DNA of 64,000 nucleotides from Anaerolineae bacterium (GCA_022823945.1 JAJEBK010000031.1:857-64856); one strand, 5' to 3'. Counted from the stretch's first letter, positions 29,231 to 37,690 are shown. The notes: generated by a model from the letters alone, not told the origin. Made by a program: numbers and translations.

Positions 29231-30865
29231 TCAGTCCAGAATGTCTTCCTGGCGGAGCACGATCAAGAGCACAAACGCCGATGCCAGGATAAGCGCCAAG
29301 CCCGGCAACGCTATCGTGGACAAAAAAGCTTCGTCATAGGCGCTCCAGATGCGCGTGGCAAAGGTGCGAAAACCGATTGGACGCAAGATCAACGTGGTGG
29401 GCAGCTCTTTCATCACATTGAGGAAGACCAGCGCCATGCCGGCCAAGATGCCGCCCCGCGCCAGGGGCACGGTGATGCGCGCCAGGACGGCCAGCCGCCC
29501 CAAGCCCATGCTGCGCCCGGCTTCTTCAAAGCGCGGATTGATCTGGGCAAAGGCGCTTTCGGTCGCGCCGATGCTCAACGGCAGGTAGCGTACGGCATAG
29601 CCCAGAATCAGCAATGGCAAGGTCTGATACAGCGACAGCAGATTCTGCGATGCAAATGACACCAGCGCCAGAGCGACAACGATGCCGGGCAGCACATTGC
29701 CGGCATAAGCGATATTGACAAGCCAACGATTTGCGCGGTTGGCTCGCCGCATCGCCAGCAGCGCCAGAGGCAGAGCCGCCACCGTCACCACAGTCGCCGC
29801 TACCGCGCTCACGCTGATGGTGTTGCCTGCCAATTGCGAAAGCGGGATGTGCACGGGGTTGGTCATCTGCCGACCAACCAGCCAGCTGAACAGAACAAGT
29901 ATCGGCACGACGACGCCAGCCAGCACCACCGCGCCGCAAAATGCCACCGCCAGATAGCGCCATTTGCCCAGCCGCACCACTTCCAGCCGGCGTGATGCGC
30001 CGCTGCCGATGCGGAAGTGCCGCCCACGCCCCGCCGCGCGCGATTGCATAACCAGCAGCGCCAGCGCCATGACGATCAGCACCAGCGCCAGCAGCGAGGC
30101 TTTGTCCATGCGGAAAGACTCGGTCTGCAAAAAGATGGCGCGCGTGAATGCGTTGTATTGCATCACGGCCACTGCGCCGAAGTCGCTGAGAATGTACAAT
30201 GCAGCCAAAAGCATGCCGGCCGAAAGCGCCGGACGCAACTGGGGCAATGTGATCTGGCGGAAGACTCGCCAGCGTCCCAAACCCAGGCTGTAGCCCGCTT
30301 CTTCCAGGCTGCGGTCGCATTGCAAGATAGCTGAACGCAGCGGCAGCGCGATGTAGGGAAACGACACCACGCCCAGCGTCAATGTCGCGCCCACGAAGCC
30401 CTTGATGCCCGGCAGACGTTGCACGCCAAATGGCTCGAGCAAGCCTTGTACGATTCCGCGCGGACCAAAGGCTTCGCTGTAGGTGACGGCAACCAGGTAG
30501 GAGGGAATCACCATGGCCGCCAAGCCCAGCGCCAGCCAAATGCGCCGACCCGGCAAATCGCAGCGCGCTGTCAACCAGGCGAAAGGCACGGCGATCGCCG
30601 TCGCCAAGCCTGTCGCTGCCAGCATCAGACTTAAACTATTGCCGACGATCAGCAGAGTCCGCGGACGCAGCAGGTAGTCGATGCCTTCTTGCCCTGCGCC
30701 CGCGGCTCGCAACACCAGCAAGCTGATGGGAATCATCACCACCGCGACCACCGTCAAGCCAATCAGCTGTGTGGCTTGCGCAGCGCCAAAATGTCGGCGC
30801 GACAACACATGCGGGTAATGCCAGTGCGGTCGCAATCGCGGCGGGATGACTTCCGAAAGCTGCAT
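29231..30865 (-). CDS. ABC transporter permease, duplicated (FbpB-like iron(III) permease)
   Basis: 544 aa with two tandem binding-protein-dependent permease halves, each carrying an EAA-like loop (LEEAGYSLGLGRW and FEEAGRSMGLGRL). Confidence 0.88.
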   Translation of the reverse strand: MQLSEVIPPRLRPHWHYPHVLSRRHFGAAQATQLIGLTVVAVVMIPISLLVLRAAGAGQEGIDYLLRPRTLLIVGNSLSLMLAATGLATAIAVPFAWLTARCDLPGRRIWLALGLAAMVIPSYLVAVTYSEAFGPRGIVQGLLEPFGVQRLPGIKGFVGATLTLGVVSFPYIALPLRSAILQCDRSLEEAGYSLGLGRWRVFRQITLPQLRPALSAGMLLAALYILSDFGAVAVMQYNAFTRAIFLQTESFRMDKASLLALVLIVMALALLVMQSRAAGRGRHFRIGSGASRRLEVVRLGKWRYLAVAFCGAVVLAGVVVPILVLFSWLVGRQMTNPVHIPLSQLAGNTISVSAVAATVVTVAALPLALLAMRRANRANRWLVNIAYAGNVLPGIVVALALVSFASQNLLSLYQTLPLLILGYAVRYLPLSIGATESAFAQINPRFEEAGRSMGLGRLAVLARITVPLARGGILAGMALVFLNVMKELPTTLILRPIGFRTFATRIWSAYDEAFLSTIALPGLALILASAFVLLIVLRQEDILD

Positions 30866-30868
30866 GGC

Positions 30869-31888
30869 TTAGTCCAGCGCTCCGCTGTTTTCGATCATCT
30901 CCAAAGTGCCTTGCAGATCGGTGAGATCGGACAAGTCAATCTCGGGCGTTTCGATATCGGCAAGCGCCGGCAGGCTAACAGACGGCGCGACCGAATCGAC
31001 CAGCGGATATTCATAGGTGCTTTGAGCGAAATATTCCTGCGCAGTATCGCTGAGCAGGTAGTCGACCAGCGCCAGGGCCTCATACGGCTGATCGGTCGTG
31101 TTGAGGATCGCAGCGCCGGCTACGTTGATCAGCGAACCGAGATCTCCGCCGGGGAAGAAGTGCAGCGTCGCCGTGATGTCTGGATCTTCAGCCAGGAAGC
31201 GGAACAGGTAGTAGTGGTTCACCAAGCCGCCAACGACCTCGCCGTCAATGGTCGCTTGCACGATGGGCGTGTTCTTGGGGTAGGCATTCACGCCATTGGC
31301 GATCATGTCCGCCAGCCACTGCGCAGTCTCATCTTCGCCCATCAGCACGCGCATGGCTGTTACATTGGCGACGAAGGACGCGTTGGTCGGCGCCCAGCCT
31401 ACCAAGCCGCTCCATTGCTCGCCGGTGAGATCGAGGATCGAGTCCGGCAGGTCCAGCCCATATTCTTCCAGCGATTCCGGGCTGTAAACGAAGACGCGGG
31501 CGCGTCCACTCAAGCCCACCCAGACACCGTCGGGAGATACAAAGGCTGCGTTGGCAACGCGGCCGATTGTTGCGTCGGGCAGCTTGTGCAGCATATTTGC
31601 GGCAGCCAGCGCGCCCAGAGCGCCGCCGTCCTGCGCGATGAAGACATCGGCGGGGCTGTTTGCGCCTTCGGTGAGGATCTGGTTGGCCACAGCGCTTGTG
31701 CCGCCATACAAGATTTCGACTTCTATGCCAGTATCTTCGGTGAATTGCGCCAGGATCGGACCAAGCAGGCTTTCGTTGCGGCCCGAGTAAATCGTGAGCG
31801 GGTCGTGGCTGTCTGCCAGGATGGGCGCTGCGCCGATGCAGACCAGCGCGACAACGAGGCAGATGATGATATTGCGAACCTTCAACAT
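30869..31888 (-). CDS. ABC transporter substrate-binding protein (Fe(III)-type, FbpA/AfuA-like)
   Basis: N-terminal signal/anchor, LTIYSGRNESLLGPIL, and a periplasmic binding protein fold pattern. First gene of the three-gene importer operon. Confidence 0.8.
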   Translation of the reverse strand: MLKVRNIIICLVVALVCIGAAPILADSHDPLTIYSGRNESLLGPILAQFTEDTGIEVEILYGGTSAVANQILTEGANSPADVFIAQDGGALGALAAANMLHKLPDATIGRVANAAFVSPDGVWVGLSGRARVFVYSPESLEEYGLDLPDSILDLTGEQWSGLVGWAPTNASFVANVTAMRVLMGEDETAQWLADMIANGVNAYPKNTPIVQATIDGEVVGGLVNHYYLFRFLAEDPDITATLHFFPGGDLGSLINVAGAAILNTTDQPYEALALVDYLLSDTAQEYFAQSTYEYPLVDSVAPSVSLPALADIETPEIDLSDLTDLQGTLEMIENSGALD

Positions 31889-31910
31889 GATGCAGACTCC
31901 TTGTGATAGT

Positions 31911-31934
31911 TGCGAATCTGGGTTACGATTCGCA
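31911..31934. promoter_or_regulatory. Perfect 8-bp inverted repeat (tgcgaatc-N8-gattcgca) just upstream of the importer operon Shine-Dalgarno sequence; operator or 5' UTR hairpin
   Basis: Read directly from the sequence. It lies 23-46 nt upstream of start codon 31888, and AAGGAG sits 8 nt before the ATG on the minus strand. Confidence 0.35.
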
Positions 31935-32197
31935 TTGATAGATGGGAGTCAGTTTGGCTGGAATTCGGATGCGCAACCGTGCCAGCCGAACTGACTTCTG
32001 TGTTTTAGCAGGTGTACAGGCTGCATGTCTACGCAATGGGTTAATGCATTAACTGCCTTTGTCGCCAACTAAAGTTGCAGTCGGTTAATTTCTTCGCCGA
32101 TTGCGAAGCGCCACCGCCTCGACTCTGGACAATCGCGCGTACAGCCAATACAGTTAGCCTGCTACAATACCCGTGCAGGTCGTGGGGAGTGGGGGCA

Positions 32198-32671
32198 ATG
32201 TCGAACTGGTGGGGCTCGCGGAAGAATGTCTCATCGCGGCTGGTGTGGGAAGTCGAGGCGATGAAAGCCGCGTTTGGCTCGACATTCCGGCTGGTTGTGC
32301 CGCCATTTGGCGGGCTGCTCTATTGGCAGGGCTCTGTCGAGATCAACATGAGCATCCTGGACTCGCCTTTTCACAACCTAAAAATTGTCTATCCCAAAGA
32401 ATATCCCAACCGTCCCGCCGAAGCCTATTGCGTCAAACCGCGCATTTACAGCGAAAAACACCAGTATGAAGATGGACAGCTTTGCCTGTTTAATCCCAAA
32501 GATGGCGAGCAGTATGGCTGGAATCCCGGCAAATCGACCGCGGTGACCGTGGGCGGCTGGGCGATACAATGGCTGTATGCCTATTACACTTGGCGCTCCA
32601 CCGGCAAGTGGCCCGGAATTGAAGAGCGCATCAAAGCCAGCACACCCTTGCCGCGCCGCCGGAGGCGCTAG
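32198..32671 (+). CDS. Ubiquitin-conjugating-enzyme (UBC/E2)-like protein with a catalytic-position cysteine
   Basis: RLVWEVEAM helix, YWQG, IVYPKEYPNRPAEAY (compare E2 FP.DYPFKPP), and HQYEDGQLCLFNP with Cys96 at 32483-32485 (compare HPN...G.ICL). A G-rich Shine-Dalgarno sequence precedes ATG 32198. TACAAT lies at 32163-32168. Confidence 0.75.
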   Translation: MSNWWGSRKNVSSRLVWEVEAMKAAFGSTFRLVVPPFGGLLYWQGSVEINMSILDSPFHNLKIVYPKEYPNRPAEAYCVKPRIYSEKHQYEDGQLCLFNPKDGEQYGWNPGKSTAVTVGGWAIQWLYAYYTWRSTGKWPGIEERIKASTPLPRRRRR

Positions 32672-32673
32672 CC

Positions 32674-33888
32674 ATGCGAGCCGCTGATGAGCCCGAATTG
32701 CTCAGCATTCTGCGAGGCGAGTACGACCATATCCGCAAGCGACTGCGAGGCATGGCGATGATCTCGCGCGGCATCGTGCCCAATTTGGTGCTGTCGCGGC
32801 GCGCGGTCGAACGCATGCTGCTGGCTGCCAGTCAATATGTCGCTGACGAAACGGGTGAAGCCATGGTCGGCTTCGTCGTCGACGATGCCACGCCCGAAGG
32901 CAAGCCGACTATCTATGTGCTGGATACCATCTCGCCGGACGAAACAGCTGTGCGCCGCTCGCACACTTTTCAGCAGGGCGACGCGCTGCAAGACGAAGTC
33001 ATCTGGTGGCTGCAAGAGAATTGGCACTACCACCGAAATCAACACCGTGGCACGGCGTTGCTGCCGGCGCGCTTTGATGTGCCGCTGCGCTATCTGGGCG
33101 ACTGGCACAAACAGCCCGGCTCCATGATCCAGCCCAGCCATGGCGATTTGATGACCGCGCTTTCTTGGCTGGACGATGATGAATCGGGCTTGGACTTTTT
33201 GTTGGTGCCCATCGTCACGACCGGACACACCGCGATCGTCGGCGCATCGGATGTCGATGTCAATTATTTTCACCAGCCTATGGCAGACGGCACAGATATG
33301 CGCGTCGACTGGTGGTACATTCACCGCGATGTTCGTGTTTTTCAGCCGGTGCGCCCACAGATCGTCGCGCCCGAAACCTTGCCACAGATGATGAAATACG
33401 GCTGGCATGTGGTGTTGGCGGATCGATTGACCAGCGAGCATTATGCGCTGGAAGACGATGGCTTGCTCCTGCGCACCCTTTTCTATGAGTGCGATGGCGA
33501 GGTGCCGCTGGAGTTCTGCTTCATCGCCATTCGGCAGGGCGCATCGTCTTTTTTGCTGCTGGTTACGCAGCATGATTATCCGCAAAGCCCGCCGCGCGCC
33601 TACCATGCGCCTTTTGTCGCTGGCCTTGACCTCATGGACCCGGTCGCGACCTTTGAGAAACTGTGGGCGGTTGCCGAGCCGATCGCCGAACCGGCAGATT
33701 GGTCTTGGTCTCCAGAGAAATACTTGCTTGACTTTGTCGTCGCCATCGAGATCGAAGCGGGCATTCGCGAGCCAGAGCGCATCAGCATTCCCGTCATTGA
33801 TGAAATAGCCGATGGCACGCACACAGACAACGCATCAGCGGGGTGCGCGCAGCCAGCCAGCCAAGTCGAGGCAAAGCAACATGAGTAA
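32674..33888 (+). CDS. JAB/MPN (JAMM) peptidase fused to a C-terminal Cys-less UBC/UEV/RWD-like domain
   Basis: ETGEAMVGF supplies the conserved Glu. WHKQPGSMIQPSHGD is a JAMM-like H.x..S..D spacing with Gln at the second His position. The C-terminal half has FCFIAI...LLLVTQHDYPQSPP, a UBC-fold signature without a Cys. GGAGG at 32661-32665 lies 8 nt upstream of the ATG. Confidence 0.7.
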   Translation: MRAADEPELLSILRGEYDHIRKRLRGMAMISRGIVPNLVLSRRAVERMLLAASQYVADETGEAMVGFVVDDATPEGKPTIYVLDTISPDETAVRRSHTFQQGDALQDEVIWWLQENWHYHRNQHRGTALLPARFDVPLRYLGDWHKQPGSMIQPSHGDLMTALSWLDDDESGLDFLLVPIVTTGHTAIVGASDVDVNYFHQPMADGTDMRVDWWYIHRDVRVFQPVRPQIVAPETLPQMMKYGWHVVLADRLTSEHYALEDDGLLLRTLFYECDGEVPLEFCFIAIRQGASSFLLLVTQHDYPQSPPRAYHAPFVAGLDLMDPVATFEKLWAVAEPIAEPADWSWSPEKYLLDFVVAIEIEAGIREPERISIPVIDEIADGTHTDNASAGCAQPASQVEAKQHE

Positions 33889-34810
33889 CATGTGGGAGCG
33901 TGTCGGGCGCTTGATCGGCGAGGACAACCTCGATCACCTGGCAGGAAAGCAGGTTGGTGTGGTTGGCTTGGGTTCGGGCGGCGGCTTCGTCGCGCTCAGC
34001 CTGGCGATGTGCGGAGTAGGGCGCTTCGTGCTGGTGGACGACGATGTCCTGGAGCGCGGCAATATCACGCGGCATGTGGCCGACCTGCGCAGCCTGGGGC
34101 AAAACAAAGCGGCGGCTGTGGCAGATTTGATCTGGCAACGCAACCCCGATGCGCGAATCGATGTGCGCGCTGGCGCTATCGAAGACCACTGGGATTGCCT
34201 GGACGCGCTCGACTTGCTGGTCGTGGCGGTCGACAACGAGCAGGTCAAGTACGCGATCAACGAAAAGTGCCTGGAGAAGCGCTTGATCGCCTCTTATGCT
34301 GGCGTATACGAACGCGGCGAAGGCGGCGACCATGTCATCATCAAACCCTATGACGGTCCCTGCTATGCCTGCTGGGCAGCGGCCACGCGCGAAGGCGTCA
34401 AAATCGCCATGAACTCTGTGGGCGATCTGGATTATGGCATGATCGGCGCGGATGGCACTTTGGCATCTGAACCGGGGCTGTGGGTCAATGTCACCAAAGT
34501 GGCCGGCATTCAGACCGATCTCGTTCTGAACGAGTTGCTGCGCGGCACAGCTGCTTATGTCGAAATGCCCGCCAACACGCTGATCGTCAGCAACATCTAC
34601 CTGGATATCATCGAAGGCGCAGAAAGCGACCCGCATACCGGCATCTGGATCGAAATCGAGCGCGACCCGGATTGCCTGGCCTGTGGCGACCGCCTGCAAA
34701 AGGGCGTCAGTCTGCTGGCGCGCGACGAAAATGACAGCATCTCACTGGACGAGCTGGCCGCTTCGCGATTGACCACCGATATCGTTTTCGAAGAAGAAGC
34801 CGAAGATTAG
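33881..34810 (+). CDS. ThiF/MoeB-type E1-like adenylyltransferase
   Basis: Rossmann motif GLGSGGG, VDDD, the NITRH arginine finger region, AVDN, and two zinc Cys pairs (PCYAC and CLAC). ATG 33881 overlaps the JAB stop (ATGAGTAA). Confidence 0.85.
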   Translation: MSNMWERVGRLIGEDNLDHLAGKQVGVVGLGSGGGFVALSLAMCGVGRFVLVDDDVLERGNITRHVADLRSLGQNKAAAVADLIWQRNPDARIDVRAGAIEDHWDCLDALDLLVVAVDNEQVKYAINEKCLEKRLIASYAGVYERGEGGDHVIIKPYDGPCYACWAAATREGVKIAMNSVGDLDYGMIGADGTLASEPGLWVNVTKVAGIQTDLVLNELLRGTAAYVEMPANTLIVSNIYLDIIEGAESDPHTGIWIEIERDPDCLACGDRLQKGVSLLARDENDSISLDELAASRLTTDIVFEEEAED

Positions 34811-35355
34811 CCGCGCGCTTGCTGCTGACGCCACTGGTCGGCGATTGCCCGCAATTTTTCGCGCAGCTTGAGCCGGTCTTTGCCAGTGAAATTCGCCCGG
34901 AAGAGCAGATGATCGGCTGCGCCCGGCGGTTGTCCCTTGTCTTGATAATACAGCTGGAAACCACCGGTGATATTGTGGCGGAAGGCACCCGGATCAAAGA
35001 CCGGCGCGCGGTAGGGCAATTCGCGGATACCGGCGCTCACAACGATGTCATCCGCGACATAGTGCGCCCAGACGCCCAGGATGCGCAACTGCTGATAGCC
35101 GTGATAACCCCTGCTGTGATACCAGATGACGACTCCCGACCAGGCTGCACCACGCACCGTTTTTGGTCCATGGCAGAGGATGCGGGAGTATTCGCGCAGG
35201 ACCAGGTCTGACCAGGTGTCAAAGGCATTGAGCAGATCGAGCGCCTGGTCGTGTGGACGCGCCGGCTTTTTCTGCTGGTGGGCGCGCGCAAAAGGACGCC
35301 GCGTGGCAATCCTCTCCAGGATGTCTTGATAGCGGTCGTCGGGCTGGTCTGGCAA
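34807..35355 (-). CDS. Hypothetical protein (ends ...QQQARG)
   Basis: The ORF is open to 35418. TTG 35355 is preceded by GGAG and lies just past the GNAT stop, which fits coupling to that gene. I recognise no motif. Its stop overlaps the E1 stop (TTAG). Confidence 0.5.
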   Translation of the reverse strand: MPDQPDDRYQDILERIATRRPFARAHQQKKPARPHDQALDLLNAFDTWSDLVLREYSRILCHGPKTVRGAAWSGVVIWYHSRGYHGYQQLRILGVWAHYVADDIVVSAGIRELPYRAPVFDPGAFRHNITGGFQLYYQDKGQPPGAADHLLFRANFTGKDRLKLREKLRAIADQWRQQQARG

Positions 35356-35359
35356 GGTC

Positions 35360-36367
35360 TCACTCCATGGTTGTCTTCGCCAGCTCGATGCCATCTCGCA
35401 GCAGTTTTTCATACACAATATATGTTTGCTGCCGGACCATGCCGACCCGCTCGTACAGGGCTACCGCATTGGTCAGGCTCTGGCCATCGACATCCAGGTT
35501 GACGGTGGGCGTGCCGCGATCCCAGAATTGCCCAAAACTGCGTGTGAGCAGAGCCTGCGCCAGCCCGCGCTGCCGATAGCCGCGCCGAACGCCCACGATG
35601 TCTATGAAGCCAAAATCTGGATGGCGATGATCTTGTGTCAAACCCAGCAGGCAGCCGACCGCCTCGTCTGTGGATTCGTCAAAAGCCAGCAGCGCCAGCT
35701 CCTCGGCGAAGTGTTTGTCGTTGTCCAGCCAATGTCGAAACTCCGCCAGGTCTTTCTCAAAGCTCTGCTCGACATAGCCGTAATGGTCGGAAAAGGCATC
35801 GCGCACGACATCGACCAGCAGCCGCAAATCACTCTCGTGCCGATAGCGCCGCAAGACGATGCCAGCGGGCAGCCGGGCGGGTTGCGGGCGCTCGGTCATG
35901 GTGATGCGCATATCGAAGCTGATCCGCTTGGGCGCATAGCCAGCGCATCGCAAGGCTTCTTCTCGCCAGGCATAACCCTCAAGCGCGCCTGTGACTACGC
36001 TGACTCGGGCCTCGTCCGGGCAGCGCGCAACGACAGCCTGCGCTTGCTTGTCCACCCAGGCAAACAGGTCCGCGTTCAGTTCGCTTGCATACTGGTCAGG
36101 GTGCACGCCCCACTCGAGCCAGGGGTGCACCGGCACTTCGCTGTTCGCCCAGAGTATGGCGTATGCAGCCAGCCTCCCGGCGCAGTCAAATATGCCCAGG
36201 GACAACTGCCCAAGGTCGAAGCCCGGCTCCTGCCAGCTGATGAGGATGGTCTCGGCTTTGTGCTGCTCGTCCAAACCAATCTGCGCGGCAATTGCGCTCT
36301 CAACTTTGGCGACCTGCTCGGCGTCGGACAAGGCAAGTGGACGGCAGGCAAAAACAGATTCGGGCAT
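35360..36367 (-). CDS. Two-domain GNAT acetyltransferase (MshD-like architecture)
   Basis: The C-terminal GNAT has IDIVGVRRGYRQRGLAQALL (acetyl-CoA motif A). The N-terminal half has a second, degenerate GNAT-like pattern. Start is ATG 36367. Confidence 0.75.
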   Translation of the reverse strand: MPESVFACRPLALSDAEQVAKVESAIAAQIGLDEQHKAETILISWQEPGFDLGQLSLGIFDCAGRLAAYAILWANSEVPVHPWLEWGVHPDQYASELNADLFAWVDKQAQAVVARCPDEARVSVVTGALEGYAWREEALRCAGYAPKRISFDMRITMTERPQPARLPAGIVLRRYRHESDLRLLVDVVRDAFSDHYGYVEQSFEKDLAEFRHWLDNDKHFAEELALLAFDESTDEAVGCLLGLTQDHRHPDFGFIDIVGVRRGYRQRGLAQALLTRSFGQFWDRGTPTVNLDVDGQSLTNAVALYERVGMVRQQTYIVYEKLLRDGIELAKTTME

Positions 36368-36509
36368 AGCTTGGTTCCCCTCACGAGCTGCGCGAGCACG
36401 ATTGCTTGACGCGGGCGGATTATAAAGGCGAAAAGTCTTGCTTAACAGCCTCGCCAAGTTGCGTTATGATTGCGTGAGTTCTGACTAGCAGCCGCGGAGC
36501 GCCACCTGC

Positions 36510-37628
36510 ATGAACCAGACGACCAAGACATTTACCTACATCATCGGCATCGTGATGACGATTGCCATGGTAGGCAGCCTGATCTTGCCGATGCTTTCCA
36601 GCCAGGTAGGCATGACTGATCCCTATTCGTTGACGCCAGACCCGACCCCGCTGCCCGAGCCGACCTTGCCGCCGCCGCCCGATACCACCATGATCGACTT
36701 CGACAGCCGTTATCTACATCGCTCGGGCTTGTTTACGATCGGCGCGCCCAGCGGCTGGAGCCCCCAATCCGACAGCAGCAACGAAGTCGAATTGCGCGCT
36801 TCTCTGAACAACGCCGATGTTCAAAGCGTGGTCGAGGTGCGCATAAACAAGAATAGCGAGGGCATCAGCGACGCCGCCGGACTTGATGATTACCTGGACA
36901 ATGCTTGGCTGAGCTATACCTGGAGCGGCTACACCCGCTGGGACGAAACCAGCCGCGCAATCACTGACGATGGCACCGTGCGCATCGATTTCAATCTGGA
37001 GCGCGGACGTACGCACTTGATAGCCCGCCAGGAATCGTGGCTTGAAGGCAGCGATATATTCAGCGTGCGCGTCGTCACCGCCGAAAATGCCGCGCAAGAG
37101 CTCAAGTTTCTGCTGCGTGGCGTGGCCGAGACGATCGAGTGGCTGCCGCAATATGTCGGCGCGCCCTTCGCATGGGATGTCTATTATGACGAGCTGGACA
37201 AGCACATGCTGCGTTTTCCATCCAGCTGGGAAGTAACCGATGCGCTGCCCGGGCTGCCAGCGACGGTGCTGGGCGATGGGCTGACTTTGGCGGTCGCTAC
37301 TTTTGATGTGCTGCTGGCCAGCGAGGACGAAGCGCGCGCCTGGCTGCAAGGCTGGCGTTATGGCGTCGAGGCGCAATCGGTGCAAGCTGTCGAAGTGGAT
37401 GGCGCGGACGGCTATCGCATCTCGTATCGCCTGCGCAGCCTCGATGGCGGCGTGGAAAGCGGCGCAGTCATCGCGTTGAATGGCACAGACAATCGCCTGC
37501 ATGTCGCCAACCTGCGCGCCGCCGACCTGGACGATGACCTGCTAGAAGCGACCCTCGAAGAATACCCTTGGCTGGCGGTATTGGACAGCTTCCGCCTCGT
37601 GCCAGGTCTTGATGTGAGCGTAAATTAG
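36510..37628 (+). CDS. Membrane-anchored hypothetical protein with a Pro-rich linker
   Basis: N-terminal TM helix (FTYIIGIVMTIAMVGSLILPML), a PDPTPLPEPTLPPPPD linker, and a globular C-terminal region with no motif I recognise. Confidence 0.6.
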   Translation: MNQTTKTFTYIIGIVMTIAMVGSLILPMLSSQVGMTDPYSLTPDPTPLPEPTLPPPPDTTMIDFDSRYLHRSGLFTIGAPSGWSPQSDSSNEVELRASLNNADVQSVVEVRINKNSEGISDAAGLDDYLDNAWLSYTWSGYTRWDETSRAITDDGTVRIDFNLERGRTHLIARQESWLEGSDIFSVRVVTAENAAQELKFLLRGVAETIEWLPQYVGAPFAWDVYYDELDKHMLRFPSSWEVTDALPGLPATVLGDGLTLAVATFDVLLASEDEARAWLQGWRYGVEAQSVQAVEVDGADGYRISYRLRSLDGGVESGAVIALNGTDNRLHVANLRAADLDDDLLEATLEEYPWLAVLDSFRLVPGLDVSVN

Positions 37629-37690
37629 AGATTTGCCAATAGCCCGGATCAGCGGTTGATGCCTGGGCTGGTTTCTCGCGCCTGTGGAGA

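Noticed and set aside
31794-31994. A 66-aa + strand ORF and shorter ORFs in 31889-32197 as the missing ubiquitin-like gene
   Set aside because: The 66-aa ORF mostly overlaps the substrate-binding protein gene, has no beta-grasp-like pattern, and does not end in Gly-Gly. The other ORFs in the spacer are 21 aa or shorter.
32668-34699. Minus-strand ORFs 32668-33822 (384 aa) and 33794-34699 (301 aa) opposite the JAB and E1 genes
   Set aside because: The + strand translations carry JAMM, UBC-like and ThiF motifs and show translational coupling. The antisense translations have no motifs and a skewed Arg/Ala/His composition.
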